Below are positions 52,894 through 64,000 of a DNA stretch of 64,000 bases, piece after piece. The translations under genes were made by a program, and so were the position numbers. Every line of letters begins with the position of its first letter. The first letter of the stretch is position 1. This DNA comes from Macrostomum lignano (lineage: Eukaryota): positions 1 to 64,000 of the forward strand of contig NIVC01000785.1 in the NCBI GenBank assembly GCA_002269645.1, read 5' to 3'. The notes beneath the pieces are model-generated. The model was given only the letters and a program-made list of their open reading frames with translations. It was not told the DNA's origin and made no database searches.

Positions 52894-54101
52894 TACTAAG
52901 AGCTACGAGAAGACTTCCAAGAGAAGGCTTGAGAGCTTCTGAACATGCGACAACAACTCAGCCGAACTGTTTACGGATCGTGTGAGCAACAAATGAGGCA
53001 CTTTTGCAAGAAAAATATTATGAATATTATGAAATCGATAGCTTGTACAGCCAAATTTTTTCAGGCAAAAAATCTTTTTTGAATCTCCCCAGACAAGCTC
53101 GTCAATGCACGAGTGAGTTTGTGCCCCGTCGCGCGAAGTTGAATTATAGCTGTAAGCGACCTGTGCAGGAAGAAATCCCAAACTAATCCAAATGAAACTG
53201 CCTTACTGACTGGATGAGGAGAAAGGCAGATAGTTTGCAAAAAAGTTGTCTTCGACGCATTTAAAAAGACGGCACCAAGATAGCATTGAAAGTAGAATTA
53301 TTTTCAGCATTTACAATGGCCCGAAGTGAAGATGTCATCCGGTGTTGTTTGCCAGTGTCGCGTTGCATACAAAAAGCTGGTCAATCGAATTTTTTTACGA
53401 AATGGGCGTTAAAATCTCGTGCGAAAACATTGAGTCATTGGTTAAACTACTCTGCAGTAAGGTTTTTAAAATTCGAAACTTTATCCATGATTTCATGTTT
53501 GAATTCATCAGGGGTAGCACTATAAAAGTTCCAACTGCACTTTCGCAGGCTGTTTGTACATTGTTGATCTACGCTTGGAAATTTGGAAGTTTGGATTGGA
53601 AATTTCTAGGATATAATTTTCAGTTGTAGTAAAAGTGACTACTTAGTTTTGCAAACGCTCTCTACTCTTCGTCTCCAGTGTCTCGAAAATTCTAGTTGAA
53701 AACCAGCTTTGTGTGTCCTGATAGATTTCGCTATTCGTCCATATTAACTTTATTAACTGGATCATGATTGCAATGACCTTGGTCCCAGATGCCGCTTAGG
53801 TGCTGCTGATTCTAATGTACACTCATTGTGGCATCCTCTTGATTAGAAAGTCCACGAACTCCTTGTAGGTTGTAGACCAACGAAAGCAATACTTTGTCCT
53901 CTTTTGTCATGAGTGCAGCAGCTCTTGGTTGCTCCAAGTTACTGTACTGCACCCAGTTTGAAAAAGAGATGCTTTTATGTTCCATTCGCAAGTGTAAGCG
54001 AAATTTAACGCGGCCTTTTATATTTTTGATCCGGGGGGAGCGAAAACCAGTGCACGGTGAGGCATTTGAGTTGGTAAATTGTTGAGAATTGTAATTGAGT
54101 A

Positions 54102-55340
54102 TCACGATCTGAGGTCAACCATTCGAAAACTGTTCGAGTAGTCCATGTGAGGCCTCGGCTGCAGCTGAATCTGCTGCCGCTGGCGCTGCCTTTGCCTGCT
54201 GCGAAACTGGTTCTGGCGTCGGCGACGTCGACCAGCATGAGTTCGTCTCAGCACCGCCATTCGAAAAGTCCGACTGGCGTACATGTAGATGAAGAAGTTG
54301 CAGGTGGAGTCCAGGTTGACGCAAAGGTTGCTCACGTCAAGCGCGTAGGCCATGAAGGCGTCCCAGAACTGGCTCTGCTCCGGCAGCTGCGTGCCCAGCA
54401 GCACCACTAGGAAGGAGGGCGACTCCAGGCAGACGAAGGCGGCCAGGAGGGCCCGCACCATCCGCGTGGCCTTGCTGCAGTAGCGGGAGGCGCTCCCCGC
54501 CTGACGGCGCAGCGCCAGCGTCATGGCAACGGATGCGATGGCCACCAGGCAGACTGGCAGCACCGCCTGGGCCACTAGGGAGGCCAGCCAGAACTCCGCG
54601 TAGAATGGAAGCGGCTGCCGCTTCAGCTTGGCCACGATCTGGCCGGTGGCCGGGCAGTAGGCGAAGGCCTCCTGGAACATCTTGGGCAGCGCGAAGCCAA
54701 GCCCGACCGCCACCATGCAGGCGTGCGCCAGCAGAATTCGTCGTCGACGGCTCGAGCAGAGGCAGCGGAAGAAGCGTCGAAAGACTCCGGAGCCGCAGCG
54801 GCCGCCGCCTCCGCCAGCATCGTCTCCTTCTCCGTCGCCGCTGTCGTCAACGCCGAGGCCAGAGGAGCGAGCGAACGGCTGCAGGACGACCTGGCAGCGA
54901 GCCAAGGCAATAGATACCACGCACCAGTTTCTGGTGAGCAGGAAGGCGTTGGCAAACAGCCAGCCGATGGACAGGAAGGCCACGAGGCCGCTGGCGGCCC
55001 CGGGCGACGCGTAGCTAACATGCGAGCGCAGGACCTCAGTGAGCAGGCGGGCGAGCTCAACGCTGGTCATGCCGGAGACGGCGAACATCTCCGCCGAGCT
55101 GAGCAGCAGCAGCAGCAGGCGGACCGTGGGGTCTCTGTGCGGATGCCGCAGGAATACCAGCAGGCTGATTCCGTTCAGGGCCAAGTTGACCAGTCCGACC
55201 ACCACGAAGAGGGCCTTCAGAGCAATGCGAGGTCCGGATACGCCGCCAGCTGCCGCGGCGTCCTTGCTGACCGAGTAGGGGTAGGTTTCATTGTCGTCCA
55301 GGTTGGAACAATTGTCCCGCAGGAGCACCAGTTCAAACAT
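54102..55340 (-). CDS. Intronless class A (rhodopsin-like) GPCR, FMRFamide-receptor/Srw-like peptide receptor type, ~412 aa
   Basis: Likely start MFELVLLRDNCSNLDDNET (two N-glycosylation sequons); 7 TMs; TM1 GLVNLALNGISLLVF, TM3 TRNWCVVSIALARC (DRY to ARC), TM4 FALP, TM5 QAVLPV, TM6 AFVCLESP, TM7 NLDSTCNFFIY. Confidence 0.9.
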   Translation of the reverse strand: MFELVLLRDNCSNLDDNETYPYSVSKDAAAAGGVSGPRIALKALFVVVGLVNLALNGISLLVFLRHPHRDPTVRLLLLLLSSAEMFAVSGMTSVELARLLTEVLRSHVSYASPGAASGLVAFLSIGWLFANAFLLTRNWCVVSIALARCQVVLQPFARSSGLGVDDSGDGEGDDAGGGGGRCGSGVFRRFFRCLCSSRRRRILLAHACMVAVGLGFALPKMFQEAFAYCPATGQIVAKLKRQPLPFYAEFWLASLVAQAVLPVCLVAIASVAMTLALRRQAGSASRYCSKATRMVRALLAAFVCLESPSFLVVLLGTQLPEQSQFWDAFMAYALDVSNLCVNLDSTCNFFIYMYASRTFRMAVLRRTHAGRRRRRQNQFRSRQRQRQRQQIQLQPRPHMDYSNSFRMVDLRS

Positions 55341-57137
55341 GCCTGCAGCCGGCTTGACAATTTGGACAATAAATATTTTAACGCCCGTAACTAGCTCGAT
55401 ATGCCTTTTCCGTAGCTGAGCATCGAACGTCGAGAGCGGAACTCGAAGGAGAATTATAAAGAGGGAGTCGGAGTGAGTGCGGGCAAAGACTTGGTTTCCA
55501 GCGCGGCCTGTGATTGGTTTAAATTCGCAGAGCTTTGAGACGCACTGGATAGGTTGAATAGGGAAAGGAGGCATCCATTAGGCACGCATCCTTGTAGTTT
55601 TTGTTTGACAGTCGTTCAATGCACAATATACCAAGATGGATAGGCTGCAGAGGGCTGAAATTAACTGAAATTTCGAAGCGTTATTGCTCGTTCTGCTGAG
55701 CAGCCTGTCCATATTTTAGTGTTGGAATCTAGTCAGCATAGCACCAAGTGAGGATTTACCATACACAGTCTCGGCGGGCGTGAAACCATGGGTGAATAAA
55801 ACCATGGATTGCTCGTCTGCCTTGAATTTTGGGGTGCAATTTTGCTCCGCAAAGTCCCTGTTCGCACGGCTGCTGAAGATTCCTTTGCTGTCTATGGTTC
55901 GAACGTAAAAACATGCAGTGCTGCTTCAGAGAAAAATCCTTCCTTGCAGGCTGTCAAATTGAATCCATATTATCTCAGCCATGCAGTGGCCTGCAGATGG
56001 CTACGATCGTTAAAATGTTCTTAAAAGGATTAAAAGGAAAAATGGAGCACATCAAATTCAAAAAACTTTAAACGACTGCGATGGCGTGTCATTGTTTGCA
56101 TATCCTGACAAAGATGCAAACAATACCTGTGTGATGTCCATTTCAAGAACAAATTGATTTTCTTACTTTGGCACAGGGTAGCCAAGCTCCTGGTGAGAGT
56201 AGAAAAAGATTACGACCGGTAGCGGTTTTGAAGTACGAATGGCCAGATCCTCCAGTCTTGCAGCGTTTCGATGCTGAAGACCCAGCTGAACCCGACACGG
56301 AGAGCTAGCATTGGCAAAAGAAGCTTAAAGTTTTAGCTTCTTTTAGCTTGAATGACTCAAGCAAAAGAAGCCTTATTCTATATTCAAGAAGGATTCTACA
56401 AAAGATTTCCTAAGTTCAAGTCTAAGGAATTTGCCTCTGCAGTAATAATCAAACAACTGATGAGAAGTGCGCAACTGAATTCTAAAGTTTCGGAGAAAAT
56501 CAATCGAAATCAATCGAATCAGCTGCAAAGCTATATTCAAAACGTCTTGGAGACTACAGCACGGGGAGTACTCTCTACTGGGCTAAGACTCTTAGCTTTT
56601 AAGATTTATTACCCTGTTTGTCCCGGTCACAGATTAGAGAAATTGTTTATTGGCCCCGAGAACAAAAGCATTTTTGTTTCAATGAATAAAGCATGTAGAA
56701 TATGACAAAAGAATTCAATACTTGGTTTTGAGTGCTTAAATGTCTAGGTCACGAGTGCGCTTCGCACTCTTAGTAGTAGTATTGTAACCCGATACATATT
56801 TCTCGTGCATTAAATGACTCCAGCCAATACGCGATATCGAGCCATTTAAGCACGTTTTTAGCGTTTAATGCACGCTTTTATACATATATATCGTGTTAAC
56901 CTACAGATATGACGGTTCACACTAAATTCCTAGGCTCCTTCTTTTCTAGTGGAACGATAGTATATGGCCAAACCTCACTAAAAAACGAAGCCTGAGAACT
57001 CAAAACGAGGCCTGTTAACCGGTTAACAGGCCTAAGAACAAGGCCTGAGAACATTTTAGAACGACTATAATTTGTCAGTTAGTCCATTAGAAGTATAAAC
57101 TATCAACCGCAGTAACGACCGATTCATTCTTGCCGAT

Positions 57138-57945
57138 TCACTCGAACATGATTTCTACGGTGTTGGTGTCACCGTGGACAGTCATGCGCATCTTCTTGGT
57201 AGTACCCTCAGACACGACATCTTGCTCATTGGTCCGCCCGTTGGATTCCACAGCTCCTCTGGCGTGTAGAGCGTAGGTCATAGGCGAATGGTCCTGGACG
57301 TCTAGCCGTATGTACCTCTCAATTGCGTTGGACGAATGTCCAGTGACGCGGGCTACACTATATACTTACAATGGGAATTCGGACAATCAGAACGGGACGC
57401 AAAGACATTCAAGCCAGGCCTCAGATCACACCCTCGTCATGGACTTAAGCAGTTTAGCAAAGTCCACTGAGGGAGGCTTGGCCATAGACTATAACTTTGG
57501 ACATTCAAAACGGGAATTGGGCTGAGATTTTATAGCTCTCTGTCCCTCGATCCCCTGTTTGCTCGTCTTTGGCTTGAAAGCCATATCCAATGGCGCCTCC
57601 AATTCCTGTAGCAGATCGCCAGCGGCTGATTGATGCGATTGAACAAAGGGTAATCCAGCGCAGGAGCTGCAAGAATCTTGCAAATCAGAAAAACAACCGC
57701 ATTCTGAATCGCTGCCAACTTTTGACTCGATGGCAGAGTAGAATCCCTCCCTCGCGGTGGTTGGAAGGAAGGATTGTGCAAGGCCGATCAGGAAATAAGA
57801 GAATTCTTGGTTGAGAAACTCGATGAAAAATCCTTTCCTGACGCTCAAGAAAATTTCTGAACTGGTTGTGTATTCCTAAGCAGCCCGAGTCTATGACCCT
57901 GGCTTGAATGTCTATGGCGTCCCGTTTTGATTGTCCTGATTCCAT
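57138..57945 (-). mobile_element. Decayed Crypton-like tyrosine recombinase remnant (multiple stops and frameshifts)
   Basis: Minus-strand fragments in the expected order: IQNAVVFLICKI, FKPKTSKQGIEGQRAIK...ECPKL, AKLLKSM, and ARVTGHSSNAIERY (TGHxS...Y nucleophile motif) ending TVEIMFE*; HxLR motif not found. Confidence 0.55.
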
Positions 57946-60036
57946 GGATGAAGGAATAGAAAGGATCGCTCATTTGAAGCGATTCTATAGCCAAGGCTTT
58001 CTAACAATTGGGATATTCCCCCAACCGCTCGCCAGACAATTCGTTGTCACGCACTGGGACCGCTGATTATTTATCCATTGTTCCAAATGTCTATGGTAGT
58101 TTACGTTAAGGCAAATGAAATTCAAGAAATGACCAGTCAGTTTGAAATTGACAATAAAGCAATTTACCGGGATATCATTTTAGAAAACGAACGAGTCTAT
58201 GAGCGTAGAATAAAGTAGTCTATGGTTTTAGTGGGGGCTTCGCCCCCACATCCCCATTTCCCCTTCCCACTCGGATCCTGATGGACAAATTGACCAATGA
58301 AGTTAGCTGGAAGTGAGAAAACATAGTAATGGCCAAATTTCTCTATGACCATTACCATGAATTCTCACTTCCAGACAACCCCCATTGTTCTGAAATATCT
58401 GGAATCACTCATCGATATTTCCGCGCATCGGCACTGCAGCTTTTACCATAGACAACAAAGGAATCTTCAGTAGCCAATCACGGTGCGAATGGGTGCTTTG
58501 CGGAGCAAAATTAAACCGCAATTTTCAAGGCAGACGAGCAATCCATGCTTTTATTCATCCATGCGTTAGAACGATGCCTTAAAGATCGATAGATAAAAGG
58601 AAATTCTATAGCAAAATTCATCAAAGACATGACACAAGCCAGAATGCAACTGCCCTGGGGTTTCATATTGCATGGTACCGAAAATAAGGTCTAATACTCT
58701 GTTTGCTTACTTCTGTTGCTGTATTATTTTATTAGTTCCCCTTAAACAATATCTATTATAAATTGTGAAAATCACCTCTGATAATTGGTAGCTGGTTAGA
58801 AGATAGAAGTCCATTTATGCAATTTGGTTAACTGCCATGCGCGCTCATCCATATTTAAGAGCTTAATTGCTTCCTTTTAAAGAATTAAAAACAGCTTTTT
58901 TATTTTTGTCTGAGTTTGAGTTCGAGTCCACATTTAGGAGAAAGTGCGCACGCTTTAAAAATCTTTCAAGCAATTCGATATTAAGCTTTCACCGCGAACC
59001 CGTCTTCTCTTGCTCCGGTGATCAAAGTTCCTGTCGACAACTTTCCTGTCGGGGAAAAACTTAAATGTGACTCAAGGAGAGGCTTCGAAGCATTAATCTA
59101 TCGTGCATAGCGCTGGCAATTTGGAGTCTAAATCATTTTTCGTAGGCTTTCTGGTTAAGTGCACAGGGAACCTGCCAGATTTCAAAGGTTATACTTAAAG
59201 GCTTCGAGTGTCAAATCTCAAACAGGATATTTGATTTCCTAGCTGTTAAGCAGACATGTAGGGGGGTGCTGGATGCATTTGAAAAATAGATTAGCAGGGA
59301 CAATTAAGTGCGTTCCAATTTATTTTAAAAAGCTGCATTTTTCACGTTCAGGGGTGCGTCGAAGTCGGCTTCCTGTCGGGCTTTTTCAAAATGACATCGG
59401 AAATTAATTGCCAAAGGAAAAGAAGTACACATATGCACACGCGAGCAACAATTGCAGCTGGGAGTGAAATGACAAATATGGCAGTTAATTTCGCTTTTAA
59501 ATGAGGGCAGTATTCTAAATAATTTAAAGTAGACACTGTGAGTACGATTGAAAGCAATTATAAACGAGAGGTCTTGAGTTCGCTTCAGATGGGGCATCGG
59601 GTTTATACAATTTTCCCACCGAGGATATATTCACAGAGATTAGGACTTCAGCGTGAAAGGCAAAACTTTCACAAAAGACAACCTAGAGAAGGACTTTGCA
59701 TGGCTATATTCTGTTATACAACGTAGTTCTCAAACGAAATGAGCAGTCTTTAATTAAACCAATTTGATCACTGAAAGAACCGCGGACCTCGGTTGAACCT
59801 TGAAATGCGTAACTGCAATGTAATTTATAAGATAGCAAAGGCGGGAGAACACCCACTATAATTTTTATTAGCGAATTTCGAAGTCCGCTTCGGCCATCAT
59901 CGCAGAATTCGAAAATTAGTTTTAACATAAACCCTACTGGACCCTGCAATCTGCACTCCAACACGCGTTGCCGTCCTCCAAGCTTCATCCATCCTACGAG
60001 TATAGCTAGAGTATATTGGATTCTTTCAAGGACTCC

Positions 60037-60335
60037 TCACTAGGCTCAGAGAAGACTGTCCTGTCTCACTGGGCTCAGAGAAGACTGTCCTGTCTCACTG
60101 GGCTCAGAGAAGACTGTCCTGTCTCACTGGGCTCAGAGAAGACTGTCCTGTCTCACTGGGCTCAGAGAAGACTGTCCTGTCTCACTGGGCTCAGAGAAGA
60201 CTGTCCTGTCTCACTAAGTTTAGAGAAGACTTTCCTGTCTCACTAGGCTCAGAGAAGACTGTCCTGTCTCACTAAGTTCAGAGAAGACTGTCCTGTCTCA
60301 CTGGGCTCAGAGAAGACTGTCCTGTCTCACTAGGC
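60037..60335. repeat. 29-bp minisatellite (AGAAGACTGTCCTGTCTCACTGGGCTCAG), ~10 copies
   Basis: Direct inspection. Confidence 0.97.
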
Positions 60336-60999
60336 TGAGAGACAGTAGGTTGAAAAGCTTCCCACGCATGAATCAGAGGCGGTACTGCACTTTGCCAGCA
60401 AATATATATCCGTGTTGCAGAAAGAGCATGATGCGGGAAGAGTGTAGCATTTTTCGAGGCGACCGAATCGTATGCTCAGAAGCAGTCGCCTGTTGCAGTG
60501 AGTCGTTAAAATAAAAATGATTTGCCTTGCTATGCTCAACAATTGGCAATGCAATGCATTAGCAGCAGGTGGGGCTCCGACTGAAGAGGCAGGCGCCTTA
60601 CAATTCCGATGAGAGGAGAGGCAAAGAGGGGAGAGAGAAGCCAGCTGGGCCCACCGATCACGAGACAAACGGGCAGAAGCGAAGGGAGAATAAAAGGAAG
60701 CTCATGGGCACGCTTCGATGCGGCTAATTATTGAGACACGGGGTTGTAAACAACACCTGCTCCGTTCCGCCCGCCTACAGCCTCTCGACTAGCAAAGCCG
60801 ACATTCACCTGCAGAAACAATGCTGGCGCTAGGAAATTCAGGCAAAACGTCTAAAAATCTTGATTGATAAGCAAAGGCGAGCAATTTGCAAAAAACATGA
60901 ATAATATGAGCACTATTACATGTATTCTAATTAAATATTCCGTTAGGCTTTTTGAGCAGACTAAACACAACTGTACGTCATTGGCCTGCGAGACATATC

Positions 61000-61410
61000 A
61001 CCAGTCGATGAGTCACTGACTCTGGCAAATCACCAGTCTATGAGTCACTGAATCTGCCATAGCACTAGTCTATAAACCACCAGTGTATGAGTCAAACCAC
61101 CAGTGTATGAGTCAAACTACCAGTGTATGAGTCAAACCACCAGTCTATGAGTCAAACCACCAGTCTATGAGTCAAACTACCAGTGTATGAGTCAAACCAC
61201 CAGTGTATGAGTCAAACCACCAGTGTATGATTCAAATCACCAGTGTATGGGTCAAACCACCAGTCTATGAGTCAAACCACCAGTCTATGAGTCAAACCAC
61301 CAGTGTATGAGTCAAACCACCAGTGTATGAGTCAAACCACCAGTGTATGAGTCAAACCACCAGTGTATGAGTCAAACTACCAGTGTATGAGTCAAACCAC
61401 CAGTCTATGA
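61000..61410. repeat. 20-bp minisatellite (ACCACCAGTGTATGAGTCAA), degenerate at the left end
   Basis: Direct inspection. Confidence 0.96.
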
Positions 61411-61883
61411 TGACAGTAGAAATAAAGAAAAACAGACACACTAACAGGATGTTTTCAAAACACGGAAACATAAAAAACGCAAACAGGAAGTCCATAAAAA
61501 CTGTGAAAAATGATTTATTCCAACTAAAAAATAATCACGCTTTGTAAGACCGCACTCCAACAGTACAGCTGCAAATCACAAAAATCGGCACTAATCTTCG
61601 CAACTGGAGGTAACAATAAAAGTCTACCTGTCTGTTTGATCGCGGAGAAATCAGGGAAAAAATTTAAACAGGAAAAAACTTAAATCTTGGAATTTGATCT
61701 AACTTTTTTGGCCGCTGTGATTCAATTGGCAAACGAAACGTGAGACAAATGAGCTACAAATGATGAATGAACTTGAATATCTTTAAATGGAAAAGTTCAA
61801 TTCTATACACTTTATTAACAAATTATAACAGTTTACTAAAAGACATTTTTTAAATGCCTGAAAGAACACTTTAGACCACTCAA

Positions 61884-62560
61884 TGAGAAGTCCAATCTCA
61901 CCCTATCTCACTGAGAAGTCCAATCTCACCCCATCTCACTGAGGAGAAGTCCAATCTCACCCTAACTCACTGAGGAGAAGTCCAATCTCATCCCATCTAA
62001 CCAATGAGTAGTCTAATTTCAATCCATCTAACTAAGAAGTCCAATCTCACATCATTTAACGAAGAAGTCTAATCTAACCCTATCTCACTGATGAGAAGTC
62101 TAATCTCACCCTAACTCACTGAGGAGAAGTCCAATCTCATCCCATCTAACCAATGAGTAGTCTAATTTCAATCCATCTAACTAAGAAGTCCAATCTCACA
62201 TCATTTAACGAAGAAGTCTAATCTCACCCCATTTTATTGAGAAGTCCAATCTCACCAAATCTCACTGAGAAGTCCAATCTCACCCCATCTCACTGAGAAG
62301 TCCAATCTCACCCCATCTCACTGAGAAGTCCAATCTCACCCCATCTCACTAAGAAGTTTAATCTCATCCCATCTCACTGAGATTTTTAATCTCACTCCAT
62401 CTCATTGAGGAGAAGTCCAATCTCACTCTATCTCACTGAGATTTTCAATCTCACCCCATCTCATATAAATCTCTAAATCTTATTGAAGAGAAGCCCAATC
62501 TCACCCCAGCTCACTGAGCAGTCTAATCTCATCGCATCCAATCTCGTCCCCATTAGCGTC
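61884..62560. repeat. ~28-bp degenerate minisatellite (GAGAAGTCCAATCTCACCCCATCTCACT)
   Basis: Direct inspection. Confidence 0.92.
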
Positions 62561-62930
62561 AGGCTGCAGCATCGCCAGCCGCAGGCGCAGCTCGGCCACC
62601 TCAGACCGCAGGCCGTCTACCAGACCCGGACTCGAGCCGCACGCCTCGCAGACGTCACCACAAACCTTGGCGGCGTCAACATTCTTCTTATTCTCATCAG
62701 CCGCCGCCTCATCGAGCAGCTGGCGTCGCAGGCGCAGCAACAGCAGCCTGACTCCGGCCACCTCCTGGCAGAGCTCGCGAACGTCCGGCAGCGTAAGCGG
62801 CGACGTCGCCACCGGATCCGCCGTTGCCATGGCGACGTGGGAAGGAGATGTCGAAGCGGAGTGCCGTCGGAGCTCCCAGAGACGCGGAGGCGGCGGCGGC
62901 GGCTCCTCATCATCGTTGCTGTCGATTTGA
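62501..62930 (-). CDS. Internal or terminal exon of a coiled-coil protein (weakly reminiscent of CCSER/FAM190); upstream exons not identified
   Basis: Strong acceptor CCCATTTTACTCCCCAG at 62931+, GC-rich coding-like frame QIDSNDDEEPPPPPPR...VRELCQEVAGVRLLLLRLRRQLLD...LRSEVAELRLRLAMLQ; 3' end uncertain (stop at 62501 or a GTGAGA donor nearby). Confidence 0.55.
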
Positions 62931-63105
62931 CTGGGGAGTAAAATGGGAAGAATGGAGAGGGGATTTTACTGAGCTGAAAAGAAACATGACGGATAAATGA
63001 TAAATACTGAGAGCTGACAATGCCCCTAACACTATACATTTAACCGTAGTGACGACAATTAGTAATGACGCAATGGGATGAGTGCCAGAATAATATTAAT
63101 GGATG

Positions 63106-63660
63106 GGAAAATGGGAGATGGGGATGGGGAAATGGAATGTGGGGATGGGGAAATGGGAGATGGGGATGGGGAAATAGAATATGGAGATGGGGAAATGGGA
63201 TATGGGGATGGGGAAATGGAATGTGGAGATGGGAAAATGGGAGATGGGGATGGGGAAATTGAATGTGGGGATGGGGAAATGGGAGATGGGGATGGGGAAA
63301 TGGGAGATGGGGATGGGGAAATGGAAGATGGGGATGGGGAAATGGAAGATGGGGATGGGAAAATGGGAGATGGGGATGGGAAAATGGGAGATGGGGATGT
63401 GGAAATTGAATATAGGAATGGAAATTGAATACAGGGATGGGAAAATGGGAGATAGGGATGGGGAAATTGAATATAGGGATGGGGAAATTGAATATAGGGA
63501 TGGGGAAATGGAAGATAGGGATGGGGAAATTGAATATAGGGATGGGGAAATGGAAGATGGGGATGGGGAATGAGAGATGGGGATGGGGAAATTGAATGTG
63601 GGGATGGGAAAATGGGAGATAAGGATGGGGAAATGGGAGATACGAATGGGAAAATGGAAA
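63106..63660. repeat. G-rich ~21-bp tandem (GGGAAATGGGAGATGGGGATG)
   Basis: Direct inspection. Confidence 0.95.
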
Positions 63661-64000
63661 ATGAGGATGGAAAAACAAAAAACGGAGATGAGAAAATAAA
63701 AGATAGGATGAAGAAACAGAAGAAAAAGATGTTTGGAAGACAAGCATGTAAAACATCTCTAAGAAATATACTACCACAGTCAGAGTGAAAGGCATGCACT
63801 GAGCATGCTGGATACTGGTGCGGAGTTTTACATCAGTTTGTGCAAGTGTCTTCTAATAAGAATTCAAAAAAACAAATATTATTGCATGTGCAGATTGAAA
63901 AGATAGCAAAAAACGAAGATAAACAGCCAGTCCCTGTGTTTTAGGCAAGTGACAACATGCCAAATAGCAATAATTTGTTACCTGAATTACTTTTAATGAA

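Noticed and set aside
54147-55394. Plus-strand ORFs overlapping the GPCR (and similar shadows over ROR, the PNPLA-like gene and the ENaC)
   Set aside because: Antisense or alternative-frame shadows of GC-rich coding exons
56352-56705. 117-aa AT-rich ORF (also 41667-41987, 53342-53629 and 59704-59988)
   Set aside because: No recognisable motif, splice context or coding-like composition

Overview
Eukaryotic (metazoan) genomic DNA, not prokaryotic: GC-rich spliced exons sit among AT-rich spacers and very abundant micro- and minisatellites. The gene content and repeat style suggest a free-living flatworm such as Macrostomum (inference). Genes reconstructed by hand from splice signals: a ROR receptor tyrosine (pseudo)kinase (+, 5347-10476); a divergent NTE/PNPLA6-7-like patatin protein lacking its catalytic serine (-, 14371-18789); an NPF/NPY-family precursor exon encoding TWO tandem amidated peptides (-, 26010-26243); a DEG/ENaC channel (-, 27608-30744); FOXRED2 (+, 31732-35159); a degenerate GPCR-like ORF (+); a tetraspanin (+, 43096-47582); an intronless peptide-receptor-like class A GPCR (-, 54102-55340); and an orphan coiled-coil exon (-). 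Mobile DNA includes three tRNA/CORE-type SINEs, an RNase-H LINE fragment nested in an IS630/Tc1-like TIR element, a second LINE fragment, two copies of an LTR-like repeat (one interrupted by a non-autonomous Ginger1 element), and a decayed Crypton-like tyrosine recombinase. Several single-base frameshifts fall in homopolymers and look like long-read assembly errors. The most striking items are the two-peptide NPF precursor next to a DEG/ENaC channel, the pseudo-phospholipase, the DLG-type ROR, and minisatellites apparently seeded from SINE or splice-site sequence. No database searches were run; family assignments rest on motif recognition.
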